From positions 2,108,001-2,172,000 of the forward strand of contig JANHCV010000004.1 of assembly GCA_025594325.1 (NCBI GenBank): DNA of 64,000 bases, written 5' to 3'. Below are positions 36,001-46,779 of this stretch, one piece after another (within the stretch, counting starts at the first letter, position 1; each line of letters starts with the position of its first letter). This DNA is from Blastocladiella emersonii ATCC 22665. Taxonomy: Eukaryota > Fungi > Blastocladiomycota. The position numbers and the translations under genes are program-made. The notes below the pieces were generated by a model. The model did not search any database and had not been told where the DNA came from. It worked only from the letters and a program-made list of their open reading frames with translations.

Positions 36001-37844
36001 GCGAGCAGCGGTTCACCGCCACACCCCTCGGCCGCAATCGCCGCGACGTTCAGCTCGCGGACCGCGTATCGGAGCGCGACGTGCTCGACGTGGCGGGTCC
36101 ACCCGATCGACGCGGCGAGGCGGACGACGACGGACGCGAGGTGTCGAGTGTCGCGCTCGCGGAGCGCGTCGAGGGACCACTCGGCGACGAGCACGGCGAG
36201 AACGCGGGTCGCGGCCTGGCGGAGCGGGAGCGTCGGGCACGCGCGTGCGAGGAGGAGCGAGAGCGGGGTCTCGGGTGGTTCGCGGACGAGCGTCGCGGTG
36301 GTGGATGCGGGGAGCGCGGACTCGAGGGCAGCGCGAACGGCTGCGAGGGCGGGCGACGCATCCCACCGTGGGTGCACGAGGTGGAGCGCGTACAGCGAGC
36401 CGTCAGCGAGGATGGCGACGGCAAAGTTGGGGGCGATCCCGCCAAGGTCGGCGAGCCCGTGCACGGCGACGGCGGGCGGGACGGTAGCGACGGGAACGAG
36501 CAGGTCAGCACCAGCGCCGAGCCAGAGCGCGAGGCACGGAGGGTTCGCAGGCCCGCCGCGCAGCAGGATGAGCGGGTGCGAGCGGCCGCGGTACCGGACG
36601 GGCTGCGCGGCGATGACGCCCGCGACGTCGTCAACGATCCCGCCCGTCGCCGGGTCAATGATGCGTAGTGCACCCGCCGCGGTGACGAGCGCGACCCGAC
36701 GCTGGCCCTCGACGTCGAGGCACGCAAACGCCGCGGTGACGGCGGACGTCGTGAGGATCACCGCGACACGCGTCAGCGCAACGCGCGCGCGCTCGGGTCG
36801 CCAGTCGACGACGGCGGCCGGTCCACCCGACCCGCCTGCATCAGCGATCCGTGGTGGTGTGCCAGCCGAACCGCCGCCGCGCGGTGTGCCAAACACGGCC
36901 GCCGGCGAGCCGAGCGATCCGTCGCGCGAGTTACGCCCGCGCAACGAGCGACGTGCTGCAGTCGCGGCTGCGCCACCCCCCACCGCCGGCGACGCGGGAA
37001 ACGGCATTGGTGGCGGCGAGTTGAGCGACGCGAGCAGGTCGGCGGCCGACAGCTCGGGCAGGCGCGAGACGCAGAACACGGAGACGGCAGCGGGCGACGC
37101 GGCGACGAGCGTTTCGCCGTCGACGAGGAGAACACGGGCGCCGGCGTCGAGCGACCACGGGGTCCGCGTCGGGGCGGGCGGCCGCGTTGGTGCGGGCCTG
37201 CGCCACCCTCCCGCATCTGGCGCAGCCGCAGCCGTAGCGGTAGCGGTGGGAGCGGCCGCGTCGAGCACGAGCGGGGTCGGCTGCGCAAGGGGGTGGTCGA
37301 CGATGGCGACGACGCGGGTGCGGCCCGCGTACGGGGAAGCGGGCGACGCCTGGTCGAGCACGTCGGCGGCCGCGACAGCGACAGGGGTGGGATCCGCGGG
37401 AACGGCGAGAAGCAGGCCGCCGCCCGTCTCCCGCGCTGGCGCGAACAGCGCGAGGGGTGGCGCGGGGACGGCAGCGACAACCACGTCGCCCGAGCGCGCG
37501 TCGAGGAAGCGGAGTGAGGCGTCGGCGAGGGCGACGGCGAGGAAGGGCGCGTCGGACGCGGCAGGAAAGTAGCAAAACGCGACGGCGACGACGGCGAGCG
37601 TGACGGTCCCGCTGCTGAACGAGAGCGCGGCACGGACGTGGCCGCCAACGCGCCAGACAACGCGGCGGTCCGCGTCGGCGAGCTGCGCCTCGTGCAGGAC
37701 GCCGGCGTGGTCGAGGGTGGTGAGCCCGGCCAGCGGCGAGCGGGGCGCGGCATCCGCGTTGTCACGAGCATGAACGCGGTCGTGGATTGCGGCGTAGGCG
37801 TCGGCGGGAGCGACCCACGGCGCGACGGTGAGGTGCGCTTCCAT
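33078..37844 (-). CDS. APC1: Anaphase-promoting complex subunit 1
   Basis: PC-repeat motifs WPNFHAGVA, AGTLLGLGLTGRL, YRMAAGIG...V.LG, TAPAAYVALG, FYRALA..LV.W, ACFAIALRFAGT and HLA..LALGFL.LG.G..T. Confidence 0.9.
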   Translation of the reverse strand: MEAHLTVAPWVAPADAYAAIHDRVHARDNADAAPRSPLAGLTTLDHAGVLHEAQLADADRRVVWRVGGHVRAALSFSSGTVTLAVVAVAFCYFPAASDAPFLAVALADASLRFLDARSGDVVVAAVPAPPLALFAPARETGGGLLLAVPADPTPVAVAAADVLDQASPASPYAGRTRVVAIVDHPLAQPTPLVLDAAAPTATATAAAAPDAGGWRRPAPTRPPAPTRTPWSLDAGARVLLVDGETLVAASPAAVSVFCVSRLPELSAADLLASLNSPPPMPFPASPAVGGGAAATAARRSLRGRNSRDGSLGSPAAVFGTPRGGGSAGTPPRIADAGGSGGPAAVVDWRPERARVALTRVAVILTTSAVTAAFACLDVEGQRRVALVTAAGALRIIDPATGGIVDDVAGVIAAQPVRYRGRSHPLILLRGGPANPPCLALWLGAGADLLVPVATVPPAVAVHGLADLGGIAPNFAVAILADGSLYALHLVHPRWDASPALAAVRAALESALPASTTATLVREPPETPLSLLLARACPTLPLRQAATRVLAVLVAEWSLDALRERDTRHLASVVVRLAASIGWTRHVEHVALRYAVRELNVAAIAAEGCGGEPLLAAVDPDEPQTLDLARWAIEAARSGTLEPWSVDADVAPVAAALEAIVTALVSDASVELAMHHVVAMHRANRAAIASLPWGWRIVVTAVVELARDTTLPAGGSVPCDVVDLLRRPELAPAPAEPAATADGADDDEFAADPAGSVPRSHLALVTSLLGLPTSIVLAHPFSDAAVSADDPGVRQIKQDLADAFALRACAVVVGRSALEFRTARVHVARQVTGGSTTTTTAIDALPPPTRIDVSATFSKLDGEPVPGDSFELDAANPDLAAYFAWPNFHAGVADALALDFAGSPEPADIEAWLWSRRRTSGPVATWAGTLLGLGLTGRLRGVTPIFTLRVLGEHNPFIESAFLLGRAAGEAGSADPQLFRLIAFAHPAAFAAAPGTNPAALTEHTPLVVRATAVLAAGILHARAGDRHPGVTRALLAALADTFDTASDAYRMAAGIGFAFVLLGSAKHAWVAPLVGLTDPDKPSAALTAPAAYVALGWAFFDSAEKGAGAGVARMLVQGSSEVPPDAAFYRALAGHLVRWSSIGSGIEFVRRARSAVKGDAGEMATQQVADAVEAAACFAIALRFAGTANEEAIETCLHYADAFAKRGSRMGTLLPFTKSKLTGTHPPAKNITVDFHDRLSTASARDWAPQLVMYASLIAAGTAHPAVLHRAAALQQRYGTAIQYRHHLAASLALGFLTLGRGKFTLDTRSDPVAALALFTATHPGVFPASTFDAESALPTAAHLWVLAVRPHRVLTAREAGNPARSINATATVELADGTTSRVNLPARLPHTAQVCTVHVGGGDSDLYPVTVTVESSLDAPVRVQRKRAAASTSKLTIANRWSLPSSLAALVAHAAVAGPQSKSWRDVESAAVARALMSLPVFDTLPGIADLRLTLAAAVASVPVDAGTAWMRKQGRAAGDAFARLEPEHRAVVAAAAAVAGRTPGEVADEDAAAVVRSVLGGGDLSEEELEMRDGEGVGVWGVSDDF

Positions 37845-38612
37845 GATCGAAGGGTCGAGAGACGGCGACGAGCGAGGCAGGGAGGCCGTGGACAGGTCGA
37901 TCAGCTGTCGTAGGCTCGATGAAACTCCCGCTAGATGCAGCTAGTAGTAGACGCGCAAGCGTAAGCGTGAGCGCTAGAGCCGAACGCAGTACGATACAAC
38001 GAGTGTAGGCGTACCAGGCGGGTATCGATGGTGCTCACACTGCACTTCGCGCGCGCATGCGACGTAGCACGGTGAGGAGCGAGCCTACCGCAGCGTTGCA
38101 CAGAGTCGCGAGCAACACTGGCGAGGTCGAGCAGCTGCTCTGCAGGGTCGGAAGTGGCCGAGACGAACGACGCGTCGGGCTCGCCGTCGCAAGCCCTCGG
38201 CGCGGCAGACCCCGTGGCGGGCCACAACTAAGAACACGACTCCGTGTCGACGATGATGGTGTGATACGTCTCGGTTCGGTTGGGCAGCCAAGCAGTGCAG
38301 GAGACCCACAAGCCTGCGCTCGCGCTCTGGCCGCGGTCGCCATCCAGGTCGCCACGACCGCCTCCCGACACATTGTGACTTGATGATCTGGCTGCATCAA
38401 GTAGCAATCTCGGTTCATTCATCAGCGAGTGCATAGCAGCGTAGAGAAAAGGGCGAAGGAAGGGCTGGGTGCACCGGAACGGCGCTTCCCACCGCATCGA
38501 GCTCAACGCCACGCTCGCGGCCGCAGAGCTTCCTCTCTCCCCAACCGCCTCTCACCATAATAAACCTACGAAACCACACGCATCGGCTGCCGTCGCCCGC
38601 CTCTCTGCAACC

Positions 38613-40274
38613 ATGACGACCCGCAGCTGCCGCAGTCCTGCCGCTCTCGCCGCCGTCGCCGTCGCCGTCGCCCTGGCGCTTGCCGCTTCGGTGCAGGCGT
38701 CGCCCGCGCCCGCCCCGCAGTTCACCATCCCGCCCATCGGCAGCATCACGCTGCCGCCCATCTTCGGTGGCGGTAGCAGCAGCAGCGCATCGCCTACGCC
38801 GACGCCCACGTCGTCCTCGTCCTCCTCGGCGAGTTCGACGCGGACCACCTCCACCTCGTCTTCGGCCACCTCGACGACCGCCTCCACCACGTCGACCATC
38901 GCTTCGTCCAGCGCCTCGGCCGCCGCGACGGCGACGAGCTCCCCGATTGCCGACGCGGCCGCGAGCAGCGGCGGCCTGGGAACCGGCGCCATTCTGGGCA
39001 TTCTGGTGGCGGCCGCACTCGTTATCGGCGGCGGCCTCTTCTACTACCGCAAGATGCAGGCCAAGAAGGCCGAGGAGCGCTACAACAACAGCAAGAACAA
39101 CAGCGACTCGTCGTCGGCCCCGCTCAACAACTTTGGCTCGATCCCCAAGTCGACCAACGGCACGTCGGGCTCCGCGGGCATCCCCGCCGGCAGCGTCGTG
39201 TCGAGCCTCACGCCCGCCCCGCAGCCCGCCGTGACCGTCACGTCGACTGCTGCGAGCGTCGCCACGTCGTCGGCTGCCGGCCAGCAGCAGCAGCAGGTCA
39301 TCTACTTTGCCTCGTCGCCCTCGGAGGCGGCCGCCCCTGTCGCTGTTCCCGCCTCGGTACCCTCCTCCGCGCCCGCGCTCGCGCTCCCGGTGCTCCAGCA
39401 GCAGCCCATCTTCCAGCCTCAGATGCAGCCGCAGCAGCAGCCGATCATGCAGGCCGCCCCGCAGCAGCAGTCGTGGTCCCCGTCGCCGCCCCCGGCCGCG
39501 CAGTCCCCGCAGCCCCAGTTTGTCGCGCAGCAGATCGTCACCCAGCCGCAGATGCACATGTCCCAGGTGCAGCCGCAGCCGCAGCAGGCCTACATCCCGA
39601 CGATGCAGTCGACCGCGTCCTTCGACCCCATGACGCCGACCACCACGGGCAACACGACCATGTCGACGTCCGTGTACACGACGGCCGTGATGGTGCCGAC
39701 GGTCGCACAGCAGCTCGCGGCGCCCGTGACACCGCTGGCGCTCACGCCGCGGCCCGACGGGTCGTTTGGCCCGCTGTTCCACGACCCCGACTTCCCCGTG
39801 ACCGAGAACACGGTGGCCGCCGTGCGCAAGGCCTTCATCCCCGAGCAGCCCGACGAGATCGACCTCGTCATCGGCGAGTCGATCACGGTCCACTCGCGGT
39901 TCCCCGACGGCTGGGCCCGCGCTACGCGCCACCCGGCGACCGGCCGCCCCGCCGTGACTGGCTTCTTCCCGCTCGGCGCCATCGAGGCCGACGCTGCTCC
40001 CGCTGCTGGTGCGGCCGGCAACGCGGCGGCGGCGGCGGCGCCCGGCCAGCTCGCGTCGCTCGCGACGGGCGGCACCATCTCGTCGTCCACGTCGTCGATG
40101 CGCCGCCTCGAGTCGCTCTCGCGGTCCGGCTCGCGCGACGGCGGCATGGTCATCTCGAGCGTGCCCGCGTCTATGATGTCGCAGCCGCCCACCGTCGCAA
40201 GCGCCGTCCCGCCCCTTCCCAGCATCCCCACGCGCGCGGCAACTCCGACCACGACGACGACGCCGACGGTCTGA
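38613..40274 (+). CDS. Type I membrane protein: signal peptide, Ser/Thr-rich ectodomain, TM helix, cytoplasmic SH3
   Basis: Signal peptide ending VQA, S/T stalk, TM GAILGILVAAALVIGGGLFYY followed by RK, and SH3 AFIPEQPDEIDLVIGESITV..FPDGWA...GFFPLGAI. Confidence 0.85.
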   Translation: MTTRSCRSPAALAAVAVAVALALAASVQASPAPAPQFTIPPIGSITLPPIFGGGSSSSASPTPTPTSSSSSSASSTRTTSTSSSATSTTASTTSTIASSSASAAATATSSPIADAAASSGGLGTGAILGILVAAALVIGGGLFYYRKMQAKKAEERYNNSKNNSDSSSAPLNNFGSIPKSTNGTSGSAGIPAGSVVSSLTPAPQPAVTVTSTAASVATSSAAGQQQQQVIYFASSPSEAAAPVAVPASVPSSAPALALPVLQQQPIFQPQMQPQQQPIMQAAPQQQSWSPSPPPAAQSPQPQFVAQQIVTQPQMHMSQVQPQPQQAYIPTMQSTASFDPMTPTTTGNTTMSTSVYTTAVMVPTVAQQLAAPVTPLALTPRPDGSFGPLFHDPDFPVTENTVAAVRKAFIPEQPDEIDLVIGESITVHSRFPDGWARATRHPATGRPAVTGFFPLGAIEADAAPAAGAAGNAAAAAAPGQLASLATGGTISSSTSSMRRLESLSRSGSRDGGMVISSVPASMMSQPPTVASAVPPLPSIPTRAATPTTTTTPTV

Positions 40275-40884
40275 CGAGCGTAACGTCACTGCTCCGGCGT
40301 TTCTGGCGCCAAGGCCGATGCCCGCGATCGGGGTCGCTCTCGAGCGAACCGACCCACGTTTTCGTCGGAAACGTGCCGCCGTCCTCCACCTCCCTCCCGA
40401 CCTTAGATTTCAGACCCAATACAGTTTTGTGTACCCCCTCACCACGCGTATTTACAGCTCGCGCGTACAGCTCGCACGCGTGCGGGCAGCGTCGCGGCAA
40501 GGGAGCGGCGACTTTCATCACCACGTCGATCATACAGCTCCCCCGCCGCCGTTTCACCCGTTCTCGCGGCGCGCGGGCATGCAGGGGAAACGTGCCTAGT
40601 CGCGCGCGTGGCATTTCGCGAGCGGCGCGTCCCCGCTGGGGGCGTCGAGAGACCCGCCAACTCGCGTGCCAATCGTTCGCGGCGTGGGAGCGTGGGAACC
40701 GACTCGGCCACAGTGCGCGAGCGCTACGCCCCCGCCGGCCGGGCCCACGACGATCCGCCCCCGCTGACCCCGGGCGAGCAGAACGTGTGGCGAGGAGCGC
40801 CTGGTCGGGTTCTTCCGTCGCCGCGGGCCCCAACGGAGCACTTCGCTCTTTGCATCGGCGTCGGACTGAGCGAACCCCCGAGGG

Positions 40885-40890
40885 TATAAA
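40885..40890 (+). promoter_or_regulatory. TATA box upstream of PhoD gene
   Basis: TATAAA about 150 nt before ATG 41041 in GC-rich surroundings. Confidence 0.6.
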
Positions 40891-41040
40891 GGTCGGCCGT
40901 GCCCCCGCGCACCTCCCTCCTCTCCGCTCCCTCATACCAGGCCGCTGCTCATCCCGGCCAGGCATCGCACTAGACGGCCGCCCCCTCCCCTAGACCTCCC
41001 TCATAGACAGCCGGCCTGCACCACCACCACGCACCACACC

Positions 41041-43067
41041 ATGAAGCTGCTCCTCGTCCTCGCCGCGCTCGGCATGGTCGCGACCGTGTCGGCGGCCAAC
41101 CCCGCGTCGGCGCCGCGCATCGCGAGCCTCGTGGCCACCACGCCCGAGAAGCTCGTCACCAACTACGAGAAGAACCTCGCCTTCAAGTCGCCCTTCGTCA
41201 ACCACCCGGAGCTCGCCGTGCGCCTTGCCTCCAAGGAGCGCGTCACCGAGTCGCTGCGCGCCATCGAGAAGGCCGTCGTCGGCCTCGAGAAGCGCGACGC
41301 GCCCGCTGTCAAGTTCGCCCACGGTGTCGCCTCCGGTGGTCCGTATCCTCTCTCTCGCACGCTCCTCGCCTGGGCGTCCTCCGCCTTTGCGGCGCTCTGG
41401 TGTTGCTCTCGGCGGCGGTGGCGACCGTCGTTCTGCCGTGGCGGTGGCGCACCGCGTCCCGAGATTGGGTGTGATGCAAACCGATCACTCATCGCATCAC
41501 GACGCTCTCAAACTCGCCCTCGACCTTGTTCACTCACAACTTGATACCACGAATCTGTTCAGATGCCCTCGAGGACAGCATCATCCTGTGGACCAAGGTG
41601 ACGCCGCCGTCCAAGGGCGCGTCGGTCGCCGTCGAGTACCACGTCGCCACCGACTCGGCCTTCTCCAACATCGTCAAGAAGGGTGCCGTGCTCACCACGG
41701 CCGACGTCGACTTCACCGTCAAGGTCGACGCCTCGGGCCTCACCCCGGCCACCAAGTACTACTACCGCTTCGTGTCCACTGGCGTCGCCTCGATGACCGG
41801 TCGCACCCAGACGCTGCCGCCGACTGGTGCCGCCATCAAGAAGCTCAAGCTCGCCGTGACCAGCTGCAGCAACATGCCGCACGGCTACTTCCACGCCTAC
41901 CGCCGCATTGCCGAGAACCCCGACGTCGACATGGTCGTCATGCTCGGCGACTCCATGTACGTGACTTTGCTTTCGCTCGCGCGATAGACCCTCAGACTCG
42001 ATCACTCACTCACCCTATCCCCACCACTTTGAACTTCTAGCTACGAGTACGACCTCGACGGCTACAAGCCCGTCGGCGGCAAGATGCCCGCGTCGCGCGA
42101 CCCGCAGCCGCCCAAGGTCATCTCGTCCCTGTACGACTACCGCACGCGCCATGCCCAGTACAAGACCGACGTTGACCAGCAGGCCATGCTGGCGGCCAAG
42201 GGCACGGTTATTACCGTCGACGACCACGAGTTTGCCGATAACGCATGGACCGGTGGTGCCAACAACCACAAGGACGACCGCGACGGTCCGTGGGGCCCGC
42301 GCAAGGCCGCGGCGGCCCGTGCGTGGCACGAGTACATGCCCGTGCGCATCCTCAACATCTCGTCTGACTTCAAGATCTACCGCAAGTTCCAGATCGGCAA
42401 CCTGGTCGACCTGATCATGCTGGACACGCGCATCGACGGGCGCGACCAGCAGGCCAAGGGCGATAGAGAGAAGCGCAACCTCATGGGCAAGGAGCAGGAG
42501 GCCTGGATGCTCGACTCGCTCAAGAACTCCAAGGCGACGTGGAAGGTGCTCGGCCAGCAGGTCATGTTCGCGCCGCTGCCCAGCAAGGTGCTCGCGTGGG
42601 AGATCCCGTTCCTCGCCGACGGCTGGTCGGGCTACCCGGGACCGCGCCAGCGCCTCATCGACTTCATCGTGCGCAACAAGATCTCGTCGGTGGCCGTACT
42701 TACAGGAGACCTGCATGCGAGTGTGGCCAGCGACATCTACAACCCGAACGGGGACTACGACAAGGACACCGGGCGCGGCGCGGTCATGGTCGAGTTCGTC
42801 GGTCCGTCGGTCACGTCGACCGGCCCCGCCCAGGAGTCGGCTACGCTCGACTGGCTCGGCCGTGGCGCTTTCAAGCTCGCTAACAAGGGCGCCAAGTTTG
42901 TGGACCTGTACCGCCACGGGTACATGCTCGTCACCTTCACCCCCGAGAAGGTCCGCACCGAGTACAAGTTCGTCAACTCGGTCAAGACGCTCGACGGCGG
43001 CGCCGACTACACAGCCAAGGTCCTCGAGTCGGCCGTCGGCAGCAACCGGATCACCTACCAGAGCTGA
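41041..43067 (+). CDS. phoD: Secreted PhoD-family alkaline phosphatase
   Basis: Signal peptide, then FAHGVASG|D...IILWT, DFTVKVD..GL.P.T.YYYRF, SCSN..HGYF.AY, DDHEFADNAW, LDTR, WKVLGQQV, DGWSGY and LTGDLH. Introns near 41339-41562 and 41957-42040. Confidence 0.95.
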
Positions 43068-44018
43068 GTAGTAGTAGACGGATACCTAGACGGGCGCGTG
43101 TGTGTACTTCTTTTTTCGAGTGTGTGTGTGCAGCTATTTTTTCAATGATCAGATGGTTTTACGTCGTCTTTCTTTCGTCTACAAGTGCTCTCGTTGATTT
43201 CTTCCTCGAGACTGTACGCAAAACGCGTTTTGAAAAAGTGTCTCGCACGTCACGTGATATCAAAGCGCGTCTCATGCGCCTCGAATGCGTCCGCTTCCGG
43301 CGGCTTGGTCCGTTCTCGAAGGCAAATGGGAGCGGTTCCGAGTCGTTTGGAACGTTTCGTTAATGTTGCGCACTCGTCCGCTTGGATTGGAGACGAGCTG
43401 AAGTCGGCCAGCGTGTGAGCCGCGGGAGCGTGCGCTGCATTCAAGAGCGCGGGCTCGTGAAGGGCCACTTAAATTCGTTCTTTCTCCCTTCCAGACCTTG
43501 GATGAGCGGATTTGAAGCTCATGGATCGGTATCTGGCCACGATTGAGCTGGATTGGGACTCGCGTGTTGAAGTTGCCGCGTGGGACCTCGCTCGTCGTTA
43601 TCGTCCACCATGAGCCAAATCGAGCCAGTTTTCATCGTTTAGGCTCGATTTGGCTCATGGTGGACGATAACGACGAGCGAGGTCCCACGCGGCAACTTCA
43701 ACACGCGAGTCCCAATCCAGCTCAATCGTGGCCAGATACCGATCCATGAGCTTCAAATCCGCTCATCCAAGGTCTGGAAGGGAGAAAGAACGAATTTAGA
43801 GTCCGTTTGGTTCAGATCAGGTGGATCAGCTGAAAAAGTTGCCACGTTTCACCTCACCCCCGTTCATCTCAGCGGCCGTGCGAACCAAACGCCCCGCTGG
43901 ATGAACGCCCCTCCCCCCCCCCCCCGCAATAAAATCTTTCCCACCTCTTTGCAGCCGCACTTATTGCAACGAATCAACACCTAACCTCACGCATCGTGTT
44001 CTCGAGCCCTCAAACAAC

Positions 44019-45336
44019 ATGGGCAAGGGATACAACCGCAAGCTGCGCGGCCTCATGCTCACGGCCGCCCTCGCTCTCCTGCGACGTCTCGCTGCGCGCA
44101 ACGAGCGCCGCTCGTGGGAGCCTATCCGCACGTCCACGCTTTCTGGCGAGTCGTGGGTTCAAGAGCTGCTGACGTGCAACGGCAAAACGCGTTTTTCGGA
44201 AATCGCCCGTATGCCCCGCGAGACCTTCAAGGCCATCTGCCGCCTGTTCCGCGACCGTGGCCTTCTCACCGACGGCCGCGAGCTGTCCATCGAGGCGCGC
44301 TTCATGGTTTTTCTTGTCATGGCCGGCGAGGGCAGCACCAACCGCAACCTCAGGGAGCGGTTCCAAATTTCTGGCGAGACCGCGTCCAGGGTTCTGAAGC
44401 AGGTGCTCGACGCTCTGTACCGCCTGATGCCCGAGTTCATTGTCCAGCCGTCCGATTCTACGCCCGTGCATGAGCGCATCGCCCACGACCCGAAATACGC
44501 TCCGTTCCAGAACGCGGTCGGCGCGCTTGACGGAACGCACATCCCGTTTGTTGTGCCCGCCAAGCTTCACGACTCGTTCCGAAACCGCAAGGGGACCATC
44601 TCCTCAAATGTCCTCGCTGCCTGCGACTTTGACTTGAACTTCACCTACGTTCTCGCAGGGTGGGAGGGCAAGGCGCACGACTCGCGCGTGCTCTCGGACG
44701 CCTTCGCCCGTGGGTTCAAGATCCCCGCCGGCCGCTTCTACCTCGCCGACGGCGGCTACGCAAACCGCACGTCCATCATCGTGCCCTTCAGCGGCACCCG
44801 CTATCATCTTCGCGAGTTTGCCCGCGGCAAGGATGGGTACGTTCTCACTGCCATGACCATCACGTTGGCGCCATCTCATCTGCTTCACCAACGTACGTAG
44901 AGTTAAGAACCGCGAAGAGCTTTTCAATCTGCGTCACGCGTCGCTCCGCAACTCCATTGAGCATATCTTTGGCGTGCTCAAGAAGCGGTTCCGCGTCCTC
45001 TCGATTGGCGCGGCCTACCCAATCAAGACTCAAGTCAAGCTTGTGTACGCGCTCTGCACGCTGCACAACATGATCAACAAGTGGAACCAAGGCGGCAACG
45101 CCTTCTTTCGCGACGCCGAGACGGAGCTCCGGCGCGCGCGGGACGCGGCGCGTGAGGCGCCAGTACGTGGGCGCGAGCCCCTGGACGACGAGAACGAGGA
45201 GGACGACGAGGCCGCTGTCCTCGAGGCCTCGCTGGACGGAGCTCGTCAGCGCGGTATCTCGCTTCGGAACCGCGTCGCAAATGTTCTTTGGACCGAGTAC
45301 AGGCGCGTCATGGCCGCTCGTGGGACCCGTCTTTGA
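44019..45336 (+). CDS. Harbinger/HARBI1-type DDE transposase nuclease
   Basis: GALDGTHIP, NVLAACDFDLNFTYVLAGWEGKAHDSRV, YLADGGY and ELFNLRHASLRNSIEHIFGVLKKRF. Intron at 44837-44900. No stops. Confidence 0.95.
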
Positions 45337-45649
45337 AGGCGCGAAATAATTGTTGTACCCGCATGCATGCTGTAATATACTGATTTGTCAAGTACTATAA
45401 CGTTAGATAAGCGATTCCAGATGATTTGACGCGTCGCTGAGGTCAGAACGCATCGGTGGAGACGCGTCGATCAATCACGTGACGTGCGAGACACTTTGAG
45501 AACCACGCGTTTCTCAACGAGTCGCGTCATTTTCGAGCGAAGGGTAACGATTGAAGATACGATGGACACAAAGCCAGATGTATTGGACACAAATGGGCGA
45601 GAACAAGGCCAGGAAGCAACGCGAGGGGAGGGGGACATGTGCGAGAGAG

Positions 45650-46779
45650 CTACTGAATGAAAAACTCGAGGACGCGCTTGCGCTTCGATTCGGACACGGC
45701 CATGACGCGAAGCGCTTGATCCTCGGTCAGGCGGGTGGCGACGTCGATCTGGTACTCTTCATTGTCATTGTACGCGTCCTGGACCCATTCAAGTGCGGCG
45801 GTCAGAACGGGCTTGGAGTCGGCGGTCGCGACGCTCTGGAACACCTCCTTGATGCCCATGAGGAATTCCGAGTCCGAGAGGCGACGCGAGCTGCTGTCCG
45901 AAGTGCGGCTGCGCTTGCTGGCGGGGGCCGCGTCGTCTTGACCATCAACACCTTCCACGTCACCAGACTCCTTGCCGTCCTGCTCGAGGTGCGAGTACTT
46001 GCCGGTGGCGGTCGAGCTGCCCCACAGCATGTTGGCCTTCTTGTAGTACGGGAAGGGCTTGCAGCCCGCAGTCAGCTCCTCCTTGAGCTCTGCCTACAAT
46101 TGAAGCAGGCCAGGCGCTGTTAGCTCGCCGCGAGTTGACGCGTAACGATATTGAACAAACGTACCGAGAGATCGTTCCAGAACTCCTCTGGCACGTCGAC
46201 CGTGCACTCACCCTCATTCCAGGTGCAGCCGTTGCCCGAGTACGACAGAAGCCGTTTTACGGCGCGAAAACAAGTGCGAAGCTGGAGCCGAACGCTGACG
46301 TTGTTAGCGCTACGGTTGACGCGTGTCCGCAAGACAAAGCGTACGTATGTCACGCGGTTCTTGACCTGCTCCGCCGTAAACTGCATGTTGAACTCGTCCG
46401 ACAGGGCCTGGGCAATCGACACACGGTGCTGGGCCTTGAGCGTGTTGCTGTCGCCGAGCACGCCGTCGTCAGCGAGGTTGCAGAAGTGGTCGAGGAGGAA
46501 GTTGGTCGACGCGGAGCAGAAGGTGGCCTTGCCGCCGCTGGCCTTGCCACTGCTGGCCTTGCTGCCACTGGCCTTGCGCTTGCTTGGCTTGGCGATGGTC
46601 ACGGGCGGCAGCGGGTTGGTCGGCGTGACAGCAGCGTTGCCGTCGCTCCCAGCAGCGTCGTCATCTGCATCCTCGTCGCTATCGGCGGGCGGCGGCGGGA
46701 TTTCGGGCACGTTCTTGACGATCTCCTTGATGGACATGGCCGTATGGCCAGCGCGCTTTTTGCTTGACGGGGGAGCCAT
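45650..46779 (-). CDS. Myb/SANT-like DNA-binding protein of the Harbinger element
   Basis: Basic N-terminus, IAQALSDEFNMQFTAEQVKNR..Y|LRTCF..V..LL..SG.GCTWN..V.V..EFW and KPFPYY..A..LWG. Two introns. Confidence 0.85.
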
